Below, in pieces: positions 1 through 12,784 of a stretch of DNA of 64,000 nucleotides. The stretch is from contig NC_043006.1 of NCBI RefSeq assembly GCF_006345805.1, positions 75,454,001 to 75,518,000 of the forward strand, read 5' to 3'. The DNA comes from Octopus sinensis (lineage: Eukaryota). A program made the translations under genes and the position numbers. The notes under the pieces were generated by a model. That model searched no databases and had not been told where the DNA came from. It saw only the letters and a program-made list of their open reading frames with translations. Numbering within the stretch: position 1 is the stretch's first letter; each line of letters begins with the position of its first letter.

Positions 1-435
1 ATATAGATATATGTGTATGTATGTCTATAAATCAAGTGAGTAGTGCGTTTGACAATTGCTTGTTAATGACCTGCAAAGTAAAAAGTGAATGACTTCTGAG
101 CCCAGCTGATTCATGTGCTGCTTTCACTACGGCCATTATCACTATTGCATAAAAGCCTCTATAGTACTAAGTGCAATAATGCAAAATCATGACATTTGGC
201 TTTGCAAAATGACATCTGTCTAATAGAACAAACAGCCTAAACAACATTTATTAAATGATTTGCTGACATATGTTCAAGATTTATCATAAGCTTCCCTTGT
301 TTCATATCTATGTGTCTGCCTGTATGTCTGTCAGTCATCTGTTTGTGTGTGTATACGTGTGTATTTATGTGTTTGTGCATATATATGTGTGTGTATATAT
401 ATATATATATATACATACCGGAGTAAACACATAAA

Positions 436-471
436 TGTCTGATGAACGGCAACGAGAAACTCAGAGTAACA
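436..471 (+). ncRNA. Decayed type I hammerhead ribozyme motif (Penelope-like context)
   Basis: UGU-CUGAUGA-A(CG-GCAA-CG)A-GAAAC-UCAG-AGUA-ACA: core, stem III, GUA triplet and 3-bp stem I present; the 10.1-11.1 pair is A-A instead of G-C. Confidence 0.55.
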
Positions 472-506
472 GATTTTGTTGAATTTTTCTGCTGCTTTAA
501 ATAAAG

Positions 507-537
<31 letters not shown>

Positions 538-539
538 AG

Positions 540-720
540 AGTTTACGGAAAAAAACCCAAAAGACAAAGATGGGTGGTGTACAAAACAAACAGATGTATT
601 AGTATAACGCTCAGGAATAGAAAAGGTCTTTTACGTTTTGAGCCTACGCTCTTCTACAGAAAGGGACACAGAAAAAACAAGGAGAGAAAAAAAAAATGTG
701 TGTAGTGGCTAACGATCTAT
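540..720 (-). mobile_element. Penelope-like terminal fragment with variant hammerhead (628-663)
   Basis: Similar to 61770-61950. Minus strand CUUU-CUGUAGA-A-GAGC-GUAG-GCUC-AAAAC-GUA-AAAG. PLE assignment is inferred from the motif only. Confidence 0.5.
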
Positions 721-1238
721 CATATCTATATATATATATATATATATATTAGTAAGAATAAAGAGTATGGAGACTTGTACACCCACAAAATTTATTTTAT
801 AGTTATATACAGCATGTTATAATGACCTACACTTGTTTCTGTTGCAGCGACTACTCACTGTTGCGAATGCAATCATGCAATTTTGCCAGTGTAGCTTCAT
901 CAGGGTCTGTCCATTTGGTCATCCTTGAAGAATTCATGGAATGACTAACAACTAATGGTAGTCACAGACATTAGAGACTATTTGTTGTGGTTAGTCATTA
1001 ACTGAGAGCTAATACAGTATCCACCTGTATGATAAATCCCTTCAAACTCATATATATATAAGCGAGTATTGTAGTTCGCTTGAAGCATTGTGTATTGTTT
1101 GTAAAGAACAAAACGTTTTGAATGGTACCAACAATGTTAGTAGAATAGGATATCTTTATGTGTAGATACATTTTGAAGGAATTACCATCACAACGTAGCA
1201 AGTAGGAGAATGGGTCTATTGTATCTGTATGGAGTGTA

Positions 1239-1636
1239 TACTCTCTTTTACTTGTTTCAGTCATTTGACTGTGGCCATGCTGGGGCATCGCCTTTTGTCG
1301 AGTAAATCGACCCCAGGACCTATTCTTTGTAAGCCCAGTACTTATTCTATCGGTCTCTCTCTTTTGCCGAACCGCTAAGTTACGGGGACATAAACTCACC
1401 AGCATCGGTCGTCAAGCAATGTTGGTGGGGGGGACAAACACACACACACATATATATACATATACATATATACGACGAGCTTCTTTCAGTTTCCGTCTAC
1501 CAAATCCACTCACAAGGCTTTGGTCGGCCCGAGGCTATAGTAGAAGATACTTGCCCAAGGTGCCACGCAGTGGGACTGAACCCAGAACCATGTGGTTGGT
1601 AAGCAAGCTATTTACCACAAAGCCACTCCTACGTCT
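1239..1636 (-). mobile_element. tRNA-headed SINE family A
   Basis: Reverse complement of the + copies at 46759 and 56874; A/B-box-like head, central (TA)n/(CA)n, AAGAGT-type tail. Confidence 0.85.
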
Positions 1637-1879
1637 ATGATATTCTGATTATTTTGAAACCCAGAGGTTAACACCTCTGTGTATGTGTGTTACTTTGAGG
1701 GTAAGTTCTGCCAGAGTGTCTCTACCATCTTACCTCTCTTTCCAGCTCTTCCCACTCACCCTTATATAATGTCAGGAAACCATGTATTTTAACTACCGTA
1801 AGACACCTGGTCCTGTCCCTCTGTCATACTACAGCATCTTAACATGTGTCATAAAGCCATCTTCCTGTCCCACTCAGTG

Positions 1880-2130
1880 GAGAGGGAATTTATTTTGTCT
1901 TGGGAGCTACATGGAAACCTCACTAGTGTCAGTGTTAAAAACAAAAGGAAATAAACCCCCGCTCCGTAAACCCTGTAAAGCAGTTGGCATTAGGCTGGGC
2001 ATCCAGCCATAGAAACCTTGTAAAAGAAGACACTGGAGTTCAACAATGTCTTCTGATTTGTTGGGTCTTCTTGAACTGCCCAGTCCATTCTGGTGTGGAA
2101 GATGGCCGTTAAATGATGTTCATGATGATA
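1880..2130 (+). mobile_element. (ATG)n-tailed retroposon fragment (probably RTE-related)
   Basis: ggcatccagc..tagaaac and gttaaatgatg tail recur near 10440-10575, 11730-11890 (-), 19730-19790, 33580-33760. Confidence 0.55.
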
Positions 2131-3258
2131 TAAGAGGTCTGAAGCATGACTGTGTGGCTAAGATGTTTCCTTCCCAATGACATGGTTCTGTGTTCAATCC
2201 CACTGTATTGCACCTTTGGCAAGTGATTTCTATTATAGCCCCAGGTCAACCAAAACCTTATGAGTGGATTTGCTAGAAGTCCATCATATATATGTGTACT
2301 TATATTTATATATGTGTGTGTGTGTGGAGGAGTAGGTAGGTGGGTTAGTGTCTGTGTCAGTATGTGTTTGTGGGTTTGTGTGTTTGTGCCCCTTTGTCTT
2401 GACATTACACAACAGTTGTAAACAAGCATCACTGTCACGGCAGTGGTGTCGTTTCTTTCCGATCATCTATGATTGGAAGTGAGTATGTCTGGCTCTGAAG
2501 ACATATTACCTTTCTTGGAAACATATGACAGAAAGGGCATAAGAAAAACAAAAAGATTTCTTTCAACAAATTCCATCTTAGCTCTGCAAACATAGAAATG
2601 TGGACATTAAAACAACGATGAGGAGGATATATGGCATCAATGACTTCATTAGTTCTGTTAGTATTCCCTTGACCATTTGCATGCTACTGCAAAATGCACG
2701 AACAACCGGCTGTCATTATTACCATTTCATTTTGCTAATTAGACCACAAGAGTCTTGAAATGGTAATGGACTAATGGATTTAGGAGTGCTATTGTTACTA
2801 ATTTAACATTAAGTGTTACTAAGGGAATATGGAAAATTATTGATATAGAAGATGGAACTCAAACACAGTCATGTTTTTACTGTAATATGTTTCAAAGAAA
2901 AAATGATTCCTCCTTACAGAAATATATATTACAAGAGTACAAGACTTGCAATAATATACTGAAAGGTATTCTTTTATTCTTCATCATCATCATCATTTAA
3001 TGTCCGTTGTGCATCCTACCATGGGTTGCACTTGTTTCAGTCATTTTGACTGTGGTCATGTTGGGGCACCGCCTTGACGGAATCTAGTTGAACAAAAATC
3101 GCTGCCCCTTGCCAGGGACTTATTTTTTAAAGTTTAGTACTTATTCTATTGGTCTCTTTTGCTGAACTGCTAAGTTATGGGGATATAAACAGACCAACAC
3201 CGGTTGTCAAATGATGATGAGGGGACAGACACAGAGAGAAAGGCATTCACACATACAG

Positions 3259-3290
<32 letters not shown>

Positions 3291-3842
3291 CACACCCATA
3301 CACACACACATGATGGTCTTCTTTCAGGTTCTGCCTACTAAATCCATTCACAAGGCTCTGGTCGGCTCAAGACTATTGTAGAAGACACCCAAGGTGCCAC
3401 ACAGTGGGACTGAACCTGGAGCCATGTGGTTGGGAAGCAAGCTTTTTACCACACAGCCGCACACACACACACACACACACACATGCACATATATATATAT
3501 GCTTGTGTATATGTGTGTGCATTTGTGTCAATGTGCAGTGTGTGTGTAAAAACGTGCAGACATGGTTATGTTGTTAAGAGGCTCTGTTTGCAGTCATGTG
3601 GTTTTTGGGGTTCCGTCCCACTGTGCAGCTTCTTTGTCAAGTGTCTTGACAGTCCTTGGATAACCAATGCCTTGTGAGTAAAATTTGTTGACAGTAACTC
3701 TGTGCATTTGTGTGTATGAGTATGAGTACCTGTGTGTTTGTAAAAGATATATAATTTTGCCAGGTGTGATTAACTATTATGGACTATTCTTAGCCGCCTA
3801 ATCTACTAGGTAATATTTAAGTTTAAAGAAATCTTGTTTGAT

Positions 3843-4064
3843 TACTCTCTCTTTTACTTGTTTCAGTCATTTGACTGTGGCCATGCTGGAGCATGCCTTT
3901 AGTCGAGCAAATCGACCCCAGGACTTATTCTTTGTAAGCCTAGTACTTATTCTATCGGTCTCTTTTGCTGAACTGCTAAGATACGGGGATGTAAACACAC
4001 CAGCATCGGTTGTCAAGCGATGTTGGGGGACAAACACAGACACAAAAACGTATACACACCCATA

Positions 4065-4132
<68 letters not shown>

Positions 4133-4283
4133 ATATACAATGGGCTTCTTTCAGTTTCTGTCTACCAAATCCATTCACAAGGCTTTGATCGGCCCGAGGC
4201 TATAGTAGAAGACACTTGCCCAAGGTGCCACACAGTGGGAATGAACCCAGAACCCTACTTACCACACAGCCACTCCTGTGCCT
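3843..4283 (-). mobile_element. SINE family A with expanded central (TA)n
   Basis: Same body as the other family A copies. Confidence 0.85.
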
Positions 4284-5159
4284 ATAATGATTTTGAAGAA
4301 TTTCTTGACTGAAAGTTTTGATATATTGTATTAAAAGAGACATTTTCTTTTCGATTTAGATTTCTACTAAATAAGTTATTTCTGAACTTTACGTAATATT
4401 TTTGCCTTTTAAATATTTAAATGTTTATGCATAATATATTCAAATTTAAATAGCGTTTAAATTTTTTTGGTCCATTATTTGTAAATTTTTATCCGTATTT
4501 CCAAACTGTTTTATAAAGACGTTGTCGTTGCTAATGGACAGAATTATTATTGTTGCTGTTGTTGTTGTTGTTGTCATCATCATCATTGTTGTTATTATTG
4601 TTGTTGTTATTATCATTATCAGCATCATCATCATCATCATCATTGTTATTTGTTATTTCTTTCCTTTGTTTTTCATGTTTCTTTTTTTAAAAATATATTA
4701 ATTTTTTCTAATAATCAAAATTTTCATGTCATTGTAACACTTAACCTGTTCATTTTTAATTTGTTTTTGCTTTGTTTTGTTTATTTTTTTCTTTCTTTTT
4801 GACCTTTGTAAACACCAAATGTAACTCTAGGTGACCTTGTGCATCCTTAGAACACGCAAAATAGATCTTTTATTATAATTAATGCACATGAGTTAACCAG
4901 CACTAGATAAAAACAAAAGACGTATTTTTACATTTATTTTGCTAATGCCAGCATAGGCTTAGGTGAATTTCTATTATGAGGTATTCCGCATGAAAATATT
5001 TAGATTTGGTTATTGTTATGGTTCCTGCCAGGTATCTGGGTGCATCTTTGTATGTGAGGTATTTTAATAATGCAGGCAGAGCAATACAGACAGTTCCCTC
5101 TTGAACTAAATTATTCAATTTTCAGATCTGTTGAAGCAGTCATTGTATGTGACAAAGTA

Positions 5160-5412
5160 CAGGGTAGTCTTAAAGTCTGGTCACCCACTAACAAGAAGTA
5201 ATAAGAACAATATGATAATATCAAGTACTTTTACTGGTTTTAGTATATTCATTTTCACTGACACTGACACTGTCACGCAGTGAGAAGGTCTGTATGAATA
5301 CCATTATTTTCGTGGCACAAAATGATGCGGTGTTATGTTTGGTTTGTTCCACAGTTCCAGAGGTTGAATGTAGATTTGAATGATTGTTGGTTTCAACAAG
5401 ATGGTACTCCAC
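5160..5412 (+). pseudogene. Tc1/mariner-superfamily relic
   Basis: TA|CAGGGT TIR-like start at 5158-5165; residual frame ...FVPQFQRLNVDLNDCWFQQDGTPP resembles the WFQQDG(A) second catalytic-D motif. Confidence 0.45.
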
Positions 5413-5734
5413 CCAACTTATTTAGTAGAAATATAATTATAGTAATTCCTTGACATATTGTGGTTCACCTATCATGATTCACCCATCGCAGTTTATTACT
5501 TAAGCTTATGTCGATTCCTCCGTGGTGTTGTTTGGCATTTATAATAAAATAAAATATATACAAATTATAAAAGTAAAATATATATATATATATAACTTAT
5601 AAACAAGGGTAAAAGAAAAAATTTCTAATGCCAAATATGCCGAAAATAGACACTTTGTCAATAACCATATAATTTATCACTATAAGTACGTGTCTTGAAG
5701 AAAGCCTACAGAAATTTCTAAAAATTTCTGTTAT

Positions 5735-5793
5735 TACCATATCGGACCCGATTTCAGAGTTAATTCATAAGAACCTTCTCTTCATCAGTGATA
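5735..5793 (-). ncRNA. Type I hammerhead ribozyme, apparently intact
   Basis: Minus strand UAUCA-CUGAUGA-AGAG-(18 nt)-CUCU-GAAA-UCG-GGUC-CGA-UA^-UGGUA: 5-bp stem I with one G.U, 4-bp stem II, 4-bp stem III, full core, AUA triplet. Confidence 0.8.
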
Positions 5794-6483
5794 AATGCGG
5801 CAAAGGAATAAATGAAATACTTACTTATACCCATGGAAGAAGCAAACACTAAGTCATGAGCACAATTAAGTACTCCAAATATATCCAAAATAGAAATTCT
5901 CTAGTACATCTCGAGACACCTGCAATTCGAACTGAAAACTCTCAGTACAGTACTAGTTCTACTTTGCAGATTTTCACCTATCATGGGGGGTTTGGGAATT
6001 TGATTGTTGATGGTTTACTGTATTCTATTTCTCATATTGAGAGTGCTTTTTCTTTTCTGACTTATCAACTACCTCTTAATATATAAGTATGTGTGTATTT
6101 AGATGCATGTGTATACTCACACATAGTATTTTAGGATGAAATAAGAGTATATATTTGTATATATTTGTTCAGTTGTCTTTTTCTGAAGAATATTATTCTG
6201 AAGGGTGGTATTTCTCTGTGCAATCCTGCTCTTAACTCTTTGAAAGGTAGCTTCTTCAAAAGTCTTCTGATATCTGATCAAACTATTCATATTATTTTAA
6301 AATGTTCCAAGCTGAAGTATTATTTTCTTACAAAACTGATTCTGGAACATGATTTTGCATTTTTGCCACTAAGAGAAATATCAGTTTTTTATACAACCAC
6401 CCTGAGAATCCTCTATCGAATAATGTGTTAATGTGAGACACTTACAAGTTTTTCTGTTTCTTGGATTCCAGTACATTAGATAG

Positions 6484-6800
6484 TGAAGGTGTGTGGCTAA
6501 GTGGGTAAGGCAATTGGCTCACAATTGTAAGATTGCGAGTTCAAGTCCCAGTGGCACCGTGTGTCCTTGAGTAAGACACTTTGTTTCTTGTTACTCCAAT
6601 TCACTCACTTGACAAAACTGAGTTGTACATGTTGTTCAGTGTGCCAGCCTCGTCACATTCACTGTGTCATGCTGAATCTTACTGCATTAAGCGTATACAT
6701 GTCTGTGGAGTGCTCAGCCACTTGCACTTTAATTTCATGAGCAGGCTGTCTCATTGAATGAATCTACCGGGTCACTTGTCTTAAATGACAAGGAGCCAGG
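6484..6800 (+). mobile_element. Degenerate SINE related to family D
   Basis: tRNA-like head; 3' part (gtctgtggagtgctcagccacttgcac...gagcaggctgt) matches family D. Confidence 0.55.
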
Positions 6801-7931
6801 CCATATTAGAAAGCATAATTTCAGAAGACCAACAAAGAAAAAAGAGAAGTTATATGTTTGTTTTAATGTTGGAATAAATTTCATTATATTTCACTGGGAA
6901 AAATGATAATTATTAATTAGAGACACATTAAACACCGTTGACTGAAATGTGAGTGTGTTCAATTGTATTTAACACGTCCATGTACATACAAGCATACAAA
7001 AGTATACCAGGAGAATTTTCTTTCTGAAGAAGACAATTTATATGATGTATTCCCTTTGTATGATAGATTGTTCACAAACATATTAAATATGATTGTACTC
7101 ACCTATATTTCATTCAGTGTGATATAGTTCACCTCTTATTAATTAATTACAGCTTGACAAAGCTTTGTGCACATCAGCAAATCTACCATTTGCTGTTCCA
7201 ATATAAGAACAAACAAGTTCTTAGTGGCTATGAACAACAACTCTGTATCCGTAATGCAATGTCACAGAAACACGTGTCCTATGGTCCAGTGACATCATTC
7301 ATAGCCGAATAGTGTATTTTTCATAGGAACTATTTTTCTTTCTACAACATATGTCTCTAATGTGTTCATATACATTCAGACATGGAAAGATATACAAGGT
7401 GGATTTTTCTCTCTTAAGACAATGTGTGCAGCATATTCTTTTTCTGTATCTGAGTGTACACTAGCATCTCCTACTATAATAATGAGTGTAAAGTTTTTTT
7501 ATATTTGTATGTATATATATATATAATATATATATATATAAGGGCAGAGGAACTCTTGAGAGTCAACGGCCATCCAATAAATGTCTTAAGGCTGTATCAT
7601 GTGCGGGGACATAGAAATAATTGGACTGAGTACTCGATCGCGCGGTTAAACCATTGGGAGTGAAGGACTCCTAGCCTTTGTTAGGAGAAGGTAACTCAGG
7701 TAACTGGGATAACTCTGACATAAAACCTGCGGCTCAGTGGTTACCAATGATGTTGACTTGTTCTTTTCAGATTATAGCTGCTGTTGCTTAGTGAGTGGGA
7801 TTGACTCAGTGCACAGCCTTTCCTCACTTTAAAAAAAAATCTTCTTGCACAGGTATTGCATGATAACAACATTGATTAAGCTTCGTGCAATGGCCATACT
7901 CGATTACGAGGGGGCAGCCACCATATATATG

Positions 7932-7966
<35 letters not shown>

Positions 7967-8489
7967 TCAGAATCATGGCAGATGCAGAGGAGAAGAGAAA
8001 ATAGTAATTCAGTGAAGGAGAAGTAGTGAGAGTAATAACCCTGGCTGAGATGTAGTGAGAGAAAGTAATAGCAATGAAAGAAAGGAAGGGGTAATAGATG
8101 AATGAGGAAGGAAGGGGTGAAAAAAAATCAGTATTTTAACTCTGTGTGAGTATATGTGTGTGTGTGCAAGGGAAGTATGTGAATGTTTGTATGTGTGATT
8201 ATTATGTACCTTATTTTGTACCTTACTTATATATAAGATACTACAATTAGCCATCATTATTGATGGCATGGAGTCAGCTAGTGCTAAATATAATTGTACA
8301 CAACTAACCATTATTAATTTGAAATGGAGTTGGTGTCTTTTTTTTTTCCAGCTTTGTAGGTTTGGGCAAATAAAGTGCCACCTCAACCCACCAGGCACAG
8401 TGCCACTGCTGCTGCTGCTGCTGATGATGATATTTTGGAGGATTTTTTTTTCTTATCTAACTGGGTTTGTTGAGTGACAGTGAAGTCCT

Positions 8490-8895
8490 TCCTTAAACCC
8501 TTTGCTCCCCATGGAGCATAGGCCATCAGTGACTTTTCTCTGATGTTCTTGACTGTGGACTGTCTTCTCTGCTTCACTCTAGTTGGATCCCTACTTTTCC
8601 AGCTCTGTCTTTATATCTTGTGTGCGTTTCCTTGAGAGAAGACTTTCCTCAACCAGGTCTTGAATTTTCATTCATGCTTCTGCAACTTGGCTTGTCTCTA
8701 GGTAGGTTATGTTGACCCTATACAAACCTGTTTTAACCCCTGGGAAGAGGTGGGCTATATTAAGTCTGGCCTTTATCCTTTGAACTGTCCAGCATGACAG
8801 ACCTTACCAGGAGCTTGTACTCTACTGGTATAGCTCTCAGGGTCACAGAGGTATTCAAGCCACCACATTACAACAAGGGCTGGCCCTTGTGATGA
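8490..8895 (-). mobile_element. Probable RTE-derived non-autonomous retroelement (UTR remnants)
   Basis: Minus strand gtgaccctgagagctatacc...ggtaaggtctgtcatgctggacagttcaaagg resembles RTE-clade 5' UTRs, from recall. Confidence 0.4.
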
Positions 8896-9071
8896 GACAA
8901 GGTAATGTGTGAATAATTCAAAACAATTTGCAAAAATAAGCAATACATTTAATGAATAAATCTAAAAGCAGAAAGGTTAAGTAGGAATATTTTCCTTCAG
9001 TAATGCAAATTTACGAAGCACCTGACGCTTACACATCACGTCACTATTTACATTGGTAATCTATTGATTAT

Positions 9072-9131
<60 letters not shown>

Positions 9132-9238
9132 TATATATATAAGGATAAGATCGTTAATTTAAATATCGATCTTATCAAGTGACCAGCATGGGAGTAAAAC
9201 CTTCAAAGGTGATAATTATTATTAAAATTATAATTTTA

Positions 9239-9319
<81 letters not shown>

Positions 9320-10971
9320 CTAGGTGGACTTATGTGGTGTGTGAATGACAGTTACGGTCTCAGCCAATGACCAACTGACAAAACTCAGTTCTGGTGATGT
9401 GATGCAAACCAATGTGCGTTCAGACAGTAAATTAACATGCTTGCCCAACCTCTTGTAGATAGCAACCAATCTCCCAAGGTTTCATTCGGTGGAATTGAAC
9501 CTGAAACCACATGGTTGTGAAGAAGCAAACTTCTTACCACACAGCCATGCATGCGCCTTAAATTAATAGATAAAAGATGGAATTATTTCTGCTTTGATAT
9601 AAGACCTGCTTCACCAGGGCTGACCCGGGACTCAGCAATAACATCAAGAATCATATCAACAACAATATTTTCTCATTGATTCAGGCAGCTGCTAAGGTCA
9701 GTGACAAAACAACAAAAAGCATTCCTGGTGATGGATTGCAAAGTGTTGTTTGTCCAATAAATAGATCAACATCTCATCAATCCAGCCAGCTACTGCTATC
9801 GATGTTCCTTACTAAATCAAGTTATACCACTGTATCACTGGCTCGCTCTATTTATATACCTGCGTATGTATTTATTCGACTGTTGCATGATAGTATGTTG
9901 GAGGAGCAGAGTAGTTTCCTGTAGACATTGATACAAATATATTTTATCACGTAACACAAATAAACACTGATAGATAGATATTTGTGTATATTGTTAGAAG
10001 TAATTTATTTTCTTTCTTTTTTTTCTCTCTATTTCTACTTATTTTTTGGCTATTCTTTTTTTGCGTATGTTTTTCCAACAAGTCATTAGGAACCTAAGCT
10101 CAAAGGGTACAGACTTGTACATGTCGTGTGGATATGAAGTTTGTTTTTGAAAATACATGGTTTCCATGTTCAATTCCTATTCAAGCACTATTTTTGCCAT
10201 ATCTCAGTTAAACCCTGAACAATTCTCTTCTAAAACGTGAGCTGTCATGTAGCTCCTCAACACCAAGGAATCTGTTCTATTCTGGTCTCTTCTATGATCC
10301 CTTCCATTCTGTTCTATTCTGGTCTTATGCATCTTGTAGCATAAAGCCACTCTCTTGGGGTTCTTTGTCTTGTAAACTGCATAGTGATCTCACTGGAGCT
10401 GGTGGCATGAAGAAAGCACCAAATACAGGCTGTAAAGTGGTTGGTGTTAGGAAGGGTATCCAGTTGTAGAAACTATTTCAAAGAAGACACTGGAGCACAA
10501 TGCAGTTCTTGAGCCTACTGGACCCTGTCAAACTGTCCAGCTTGTGCCAGCATGGAGCTTGAACTTTAATGACGATGGTGATGTTGGTGTTGGTGGTATG
10601 GTGGTGGTGGTGGTGGTGGTGGTGGTGGCAGTGTATATCAATAAAAAGTGTAAACACGAGATCTGTCAAATGAAGACTCTTGCTATATTCGTTTGAATGT
10701 GTTAATCTGTTGTTTACCAACTGATCAAGTGCAACACCAAAATATATATAAAAATTTACTACTTGGATGGTTTCATTCTTTCTATTGGTGATAGTGGAGG
10801 TGGTGGTGGTGGTGATGGTGGTGGCGGTGGTGGTGGTGGTGATCGTGAAACACATGTTTATATTACCCAGGGTGCAGTGTTTTACTTTTTAAAATTTAGC
10901 ATGTTTTGCTCTATTTTATTTCATTTTATTTTGTTTTGTCTCGATTTAACCCGTTTCTCTTTTATTTTCAG

Positions 10972-11217
10972 AGCCAGCGCCGCAACGTTACGATGACGAT
11001 GATATTGAGGAACCGAAAACTCCAGAACGCCGTCCAAGTATCTTTGACAGTACCCTGCTTCAGGGCATGGATGATATTATAGCCACACCAGACGTCATCC
11101 ATGAGAGTATTGTGAAGCCAGATAACTTTTCTGAGGAAACGCTCAAAATGATGAACCGGTTTAATGAAAAGCAGAAGAAGGGCACCATTGATGTTTGGTG
11201 GCTCTTTGATGATGGAG
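10972..11217 (+). CDS. SLC12A2: SLC12 (NKCC/NCC-clade) cotransporter, C-terminal domain exon 1 of 6 in window
   Basis: Acceptor ttttcag ends at 10971. Translates (E)PAPQRYDDDDIEEPKTPERRPSIFDSTLLQGMDD...KQKKGTIDVWWLFDDG(G). Donor G|gtattc at 11218, phase 1. TIDVWWLFDDGG is the NKCC/NCC motif (KCCs have WWIVHDGG). The symbol means SLC12A2-like; orthology not tested. Confidence 0.95.
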
Positions 11218-11387
11218 GTATTCACATATGTCTGCCTGTCTCTCTGTTCTTATTTGTGTGTGTATATCTATGTCTGTTTGTCTGTTTCTCATTATTTGTC
11301 TACCTCTGTCTTTGTCTTTTTTTCTGTCTTTCTGTGTGTCAGTACATATATTTGTCTGTTTCTGCCTGTCCCTCTCTCATCTTCATC

Positions 11388-11503
11388 ATGTTTCAGTCAT
11401 TTGACTGCAGCCATGCTGGAGCACCGCCTTTACTCGAGCAAAGTTACGGGGACATAAACACACCAGCATCGGTTGTCAAGCGATGTTGGGGGGACAAACA
11501 CAT

Positions 11504-11555
<52 letters not shown>

Positions 11556-11712
11556 GATGGGCTTCTTTCAGATTCTGTCTACCAAATCCACTTACAAGTC
11601 TTTGGTCAGCCTGATGCTATAGTAGAAGACACTTGCCCAAGGTGCCATGCAGTGGGACTGAATCCGGAACCATGTGGTTCATCAGCAAGCTACTTACCAC
11701 ACAGCTACTCTT
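11388..11712 (-). mobile_element. SINE family A (internally deleted)
   Basis: Matches family A body and head. Confidence 0.8.
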
Positions 11713-11889
11713 GCGGTCTTCCATAAACAACCTTGGCCTTCTGCTATCCATGCTTGCATGGTTCCAATGGTTTGACAGGATCTGATGAGCTGGAGAGCTG
11801 CACAAGGTTCCAGTCTGATTTGGCATGGTTTCTACAGCTGGATGCCCTTCCTAATACCAACCACTCCAGGAGTGTAATGGGTGCTTTTA

Positions 11890-12160
11890 CGTACCATTTA
11901 CATGTCGCCAGCAAAGACTATGACTACCATTCATGGGTGGGTGCCATTCACATGGCACCATCAATGACCATGTCTATGATTCATGGGTGGGTGCCATTTA
12001 CATGGCACAAGCAACAACGATGCATGGGTATCATTTACATGGCACCGGCAGTGACCATGACTGATGGTTGCCATTTACTCGGCACCACCAACGACCACGA
12101 TTCCCAGGTGCCAATTTACATGGCACCGTCATTCACCATGACTATGATGCATGGCTGTCA
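11890..12160. repeat. Degenerate tandem repeat of about 6 palindromic units (GGTGCCAT-TTAC-ATGGCACC)
   Basis: Units near 11891, 11940, 11990, 12027, 12066, 12107 with related spacers. Confidence 0.7.
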
Positions 12161-12784
12161 TGCAAATCTGTTGCTACCTGCTTGTCTCTCTGTGTCTGTT
12201 CGTCTCTCTATCTATGCTTACCTTTGCCTGTCTGTTTGTATATGCAAGTCTCTTGCCCTCTGTCTGTCTGTATGTCTTTCTCTATGGCTGTATATATGTC
12301 TGCCTTTCTCTATATGTAAATCTGTGTGCTCTTTATGTATGTCTGTTAATATTTATGTCTGACTATCTCGCTATCTGTCAGTGTGTGTCTGTTTTTGCCC
12401 ATCTATCAGTATATATATATATATAAATAAGAGGAGATGGATTTCATATTAGGCCTTTATTAGATACAACATATGTTTCAACCCATCAGTCTGGGTTTCT
12501 GCAGGTACATTGATAAAGATGTCTCGCTAGAGATTTTTAGTGCCTAGTTCTTTCTTCCCTAAACATTGGATTGTACGAGTCCCTACCTTTCATGCATGTA
12601 TTTGTTTTTTCTTCTCTGTGGATGACAACAGGTAACCTAAACTGTGTTGGTGCTCTGTTCAGCATTTAAACACACTAATCAGCTTATACTTATTTCTCTA
12701 AATTGTTTATTATTATTATTATATATATATATATGAAGTCCAACCCATGCCAGCGTGGAAGGTGGACATTAAATGATGATTGCA

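Noticed and set aside
5126-5283. Possible upstream SLC12 exon after ttttcag (DLLKQSLYV...)
   Set aside because: No good donor before the stop and no NKCC similarity; better explained as a Tc1/mariner relic
11218-11726. Continuation of ORF 11067-11726
   Set aside because: Read-through past the exon donor into low-complexity intron and SINE sequence
11890-12160. CRISPR-like palindromic repeat-spacer pattern (also considered for 14884-18471)
   Set aside because: Spacers are homologous or identical, the context is a eukaryotic intron, and there are no cas genes
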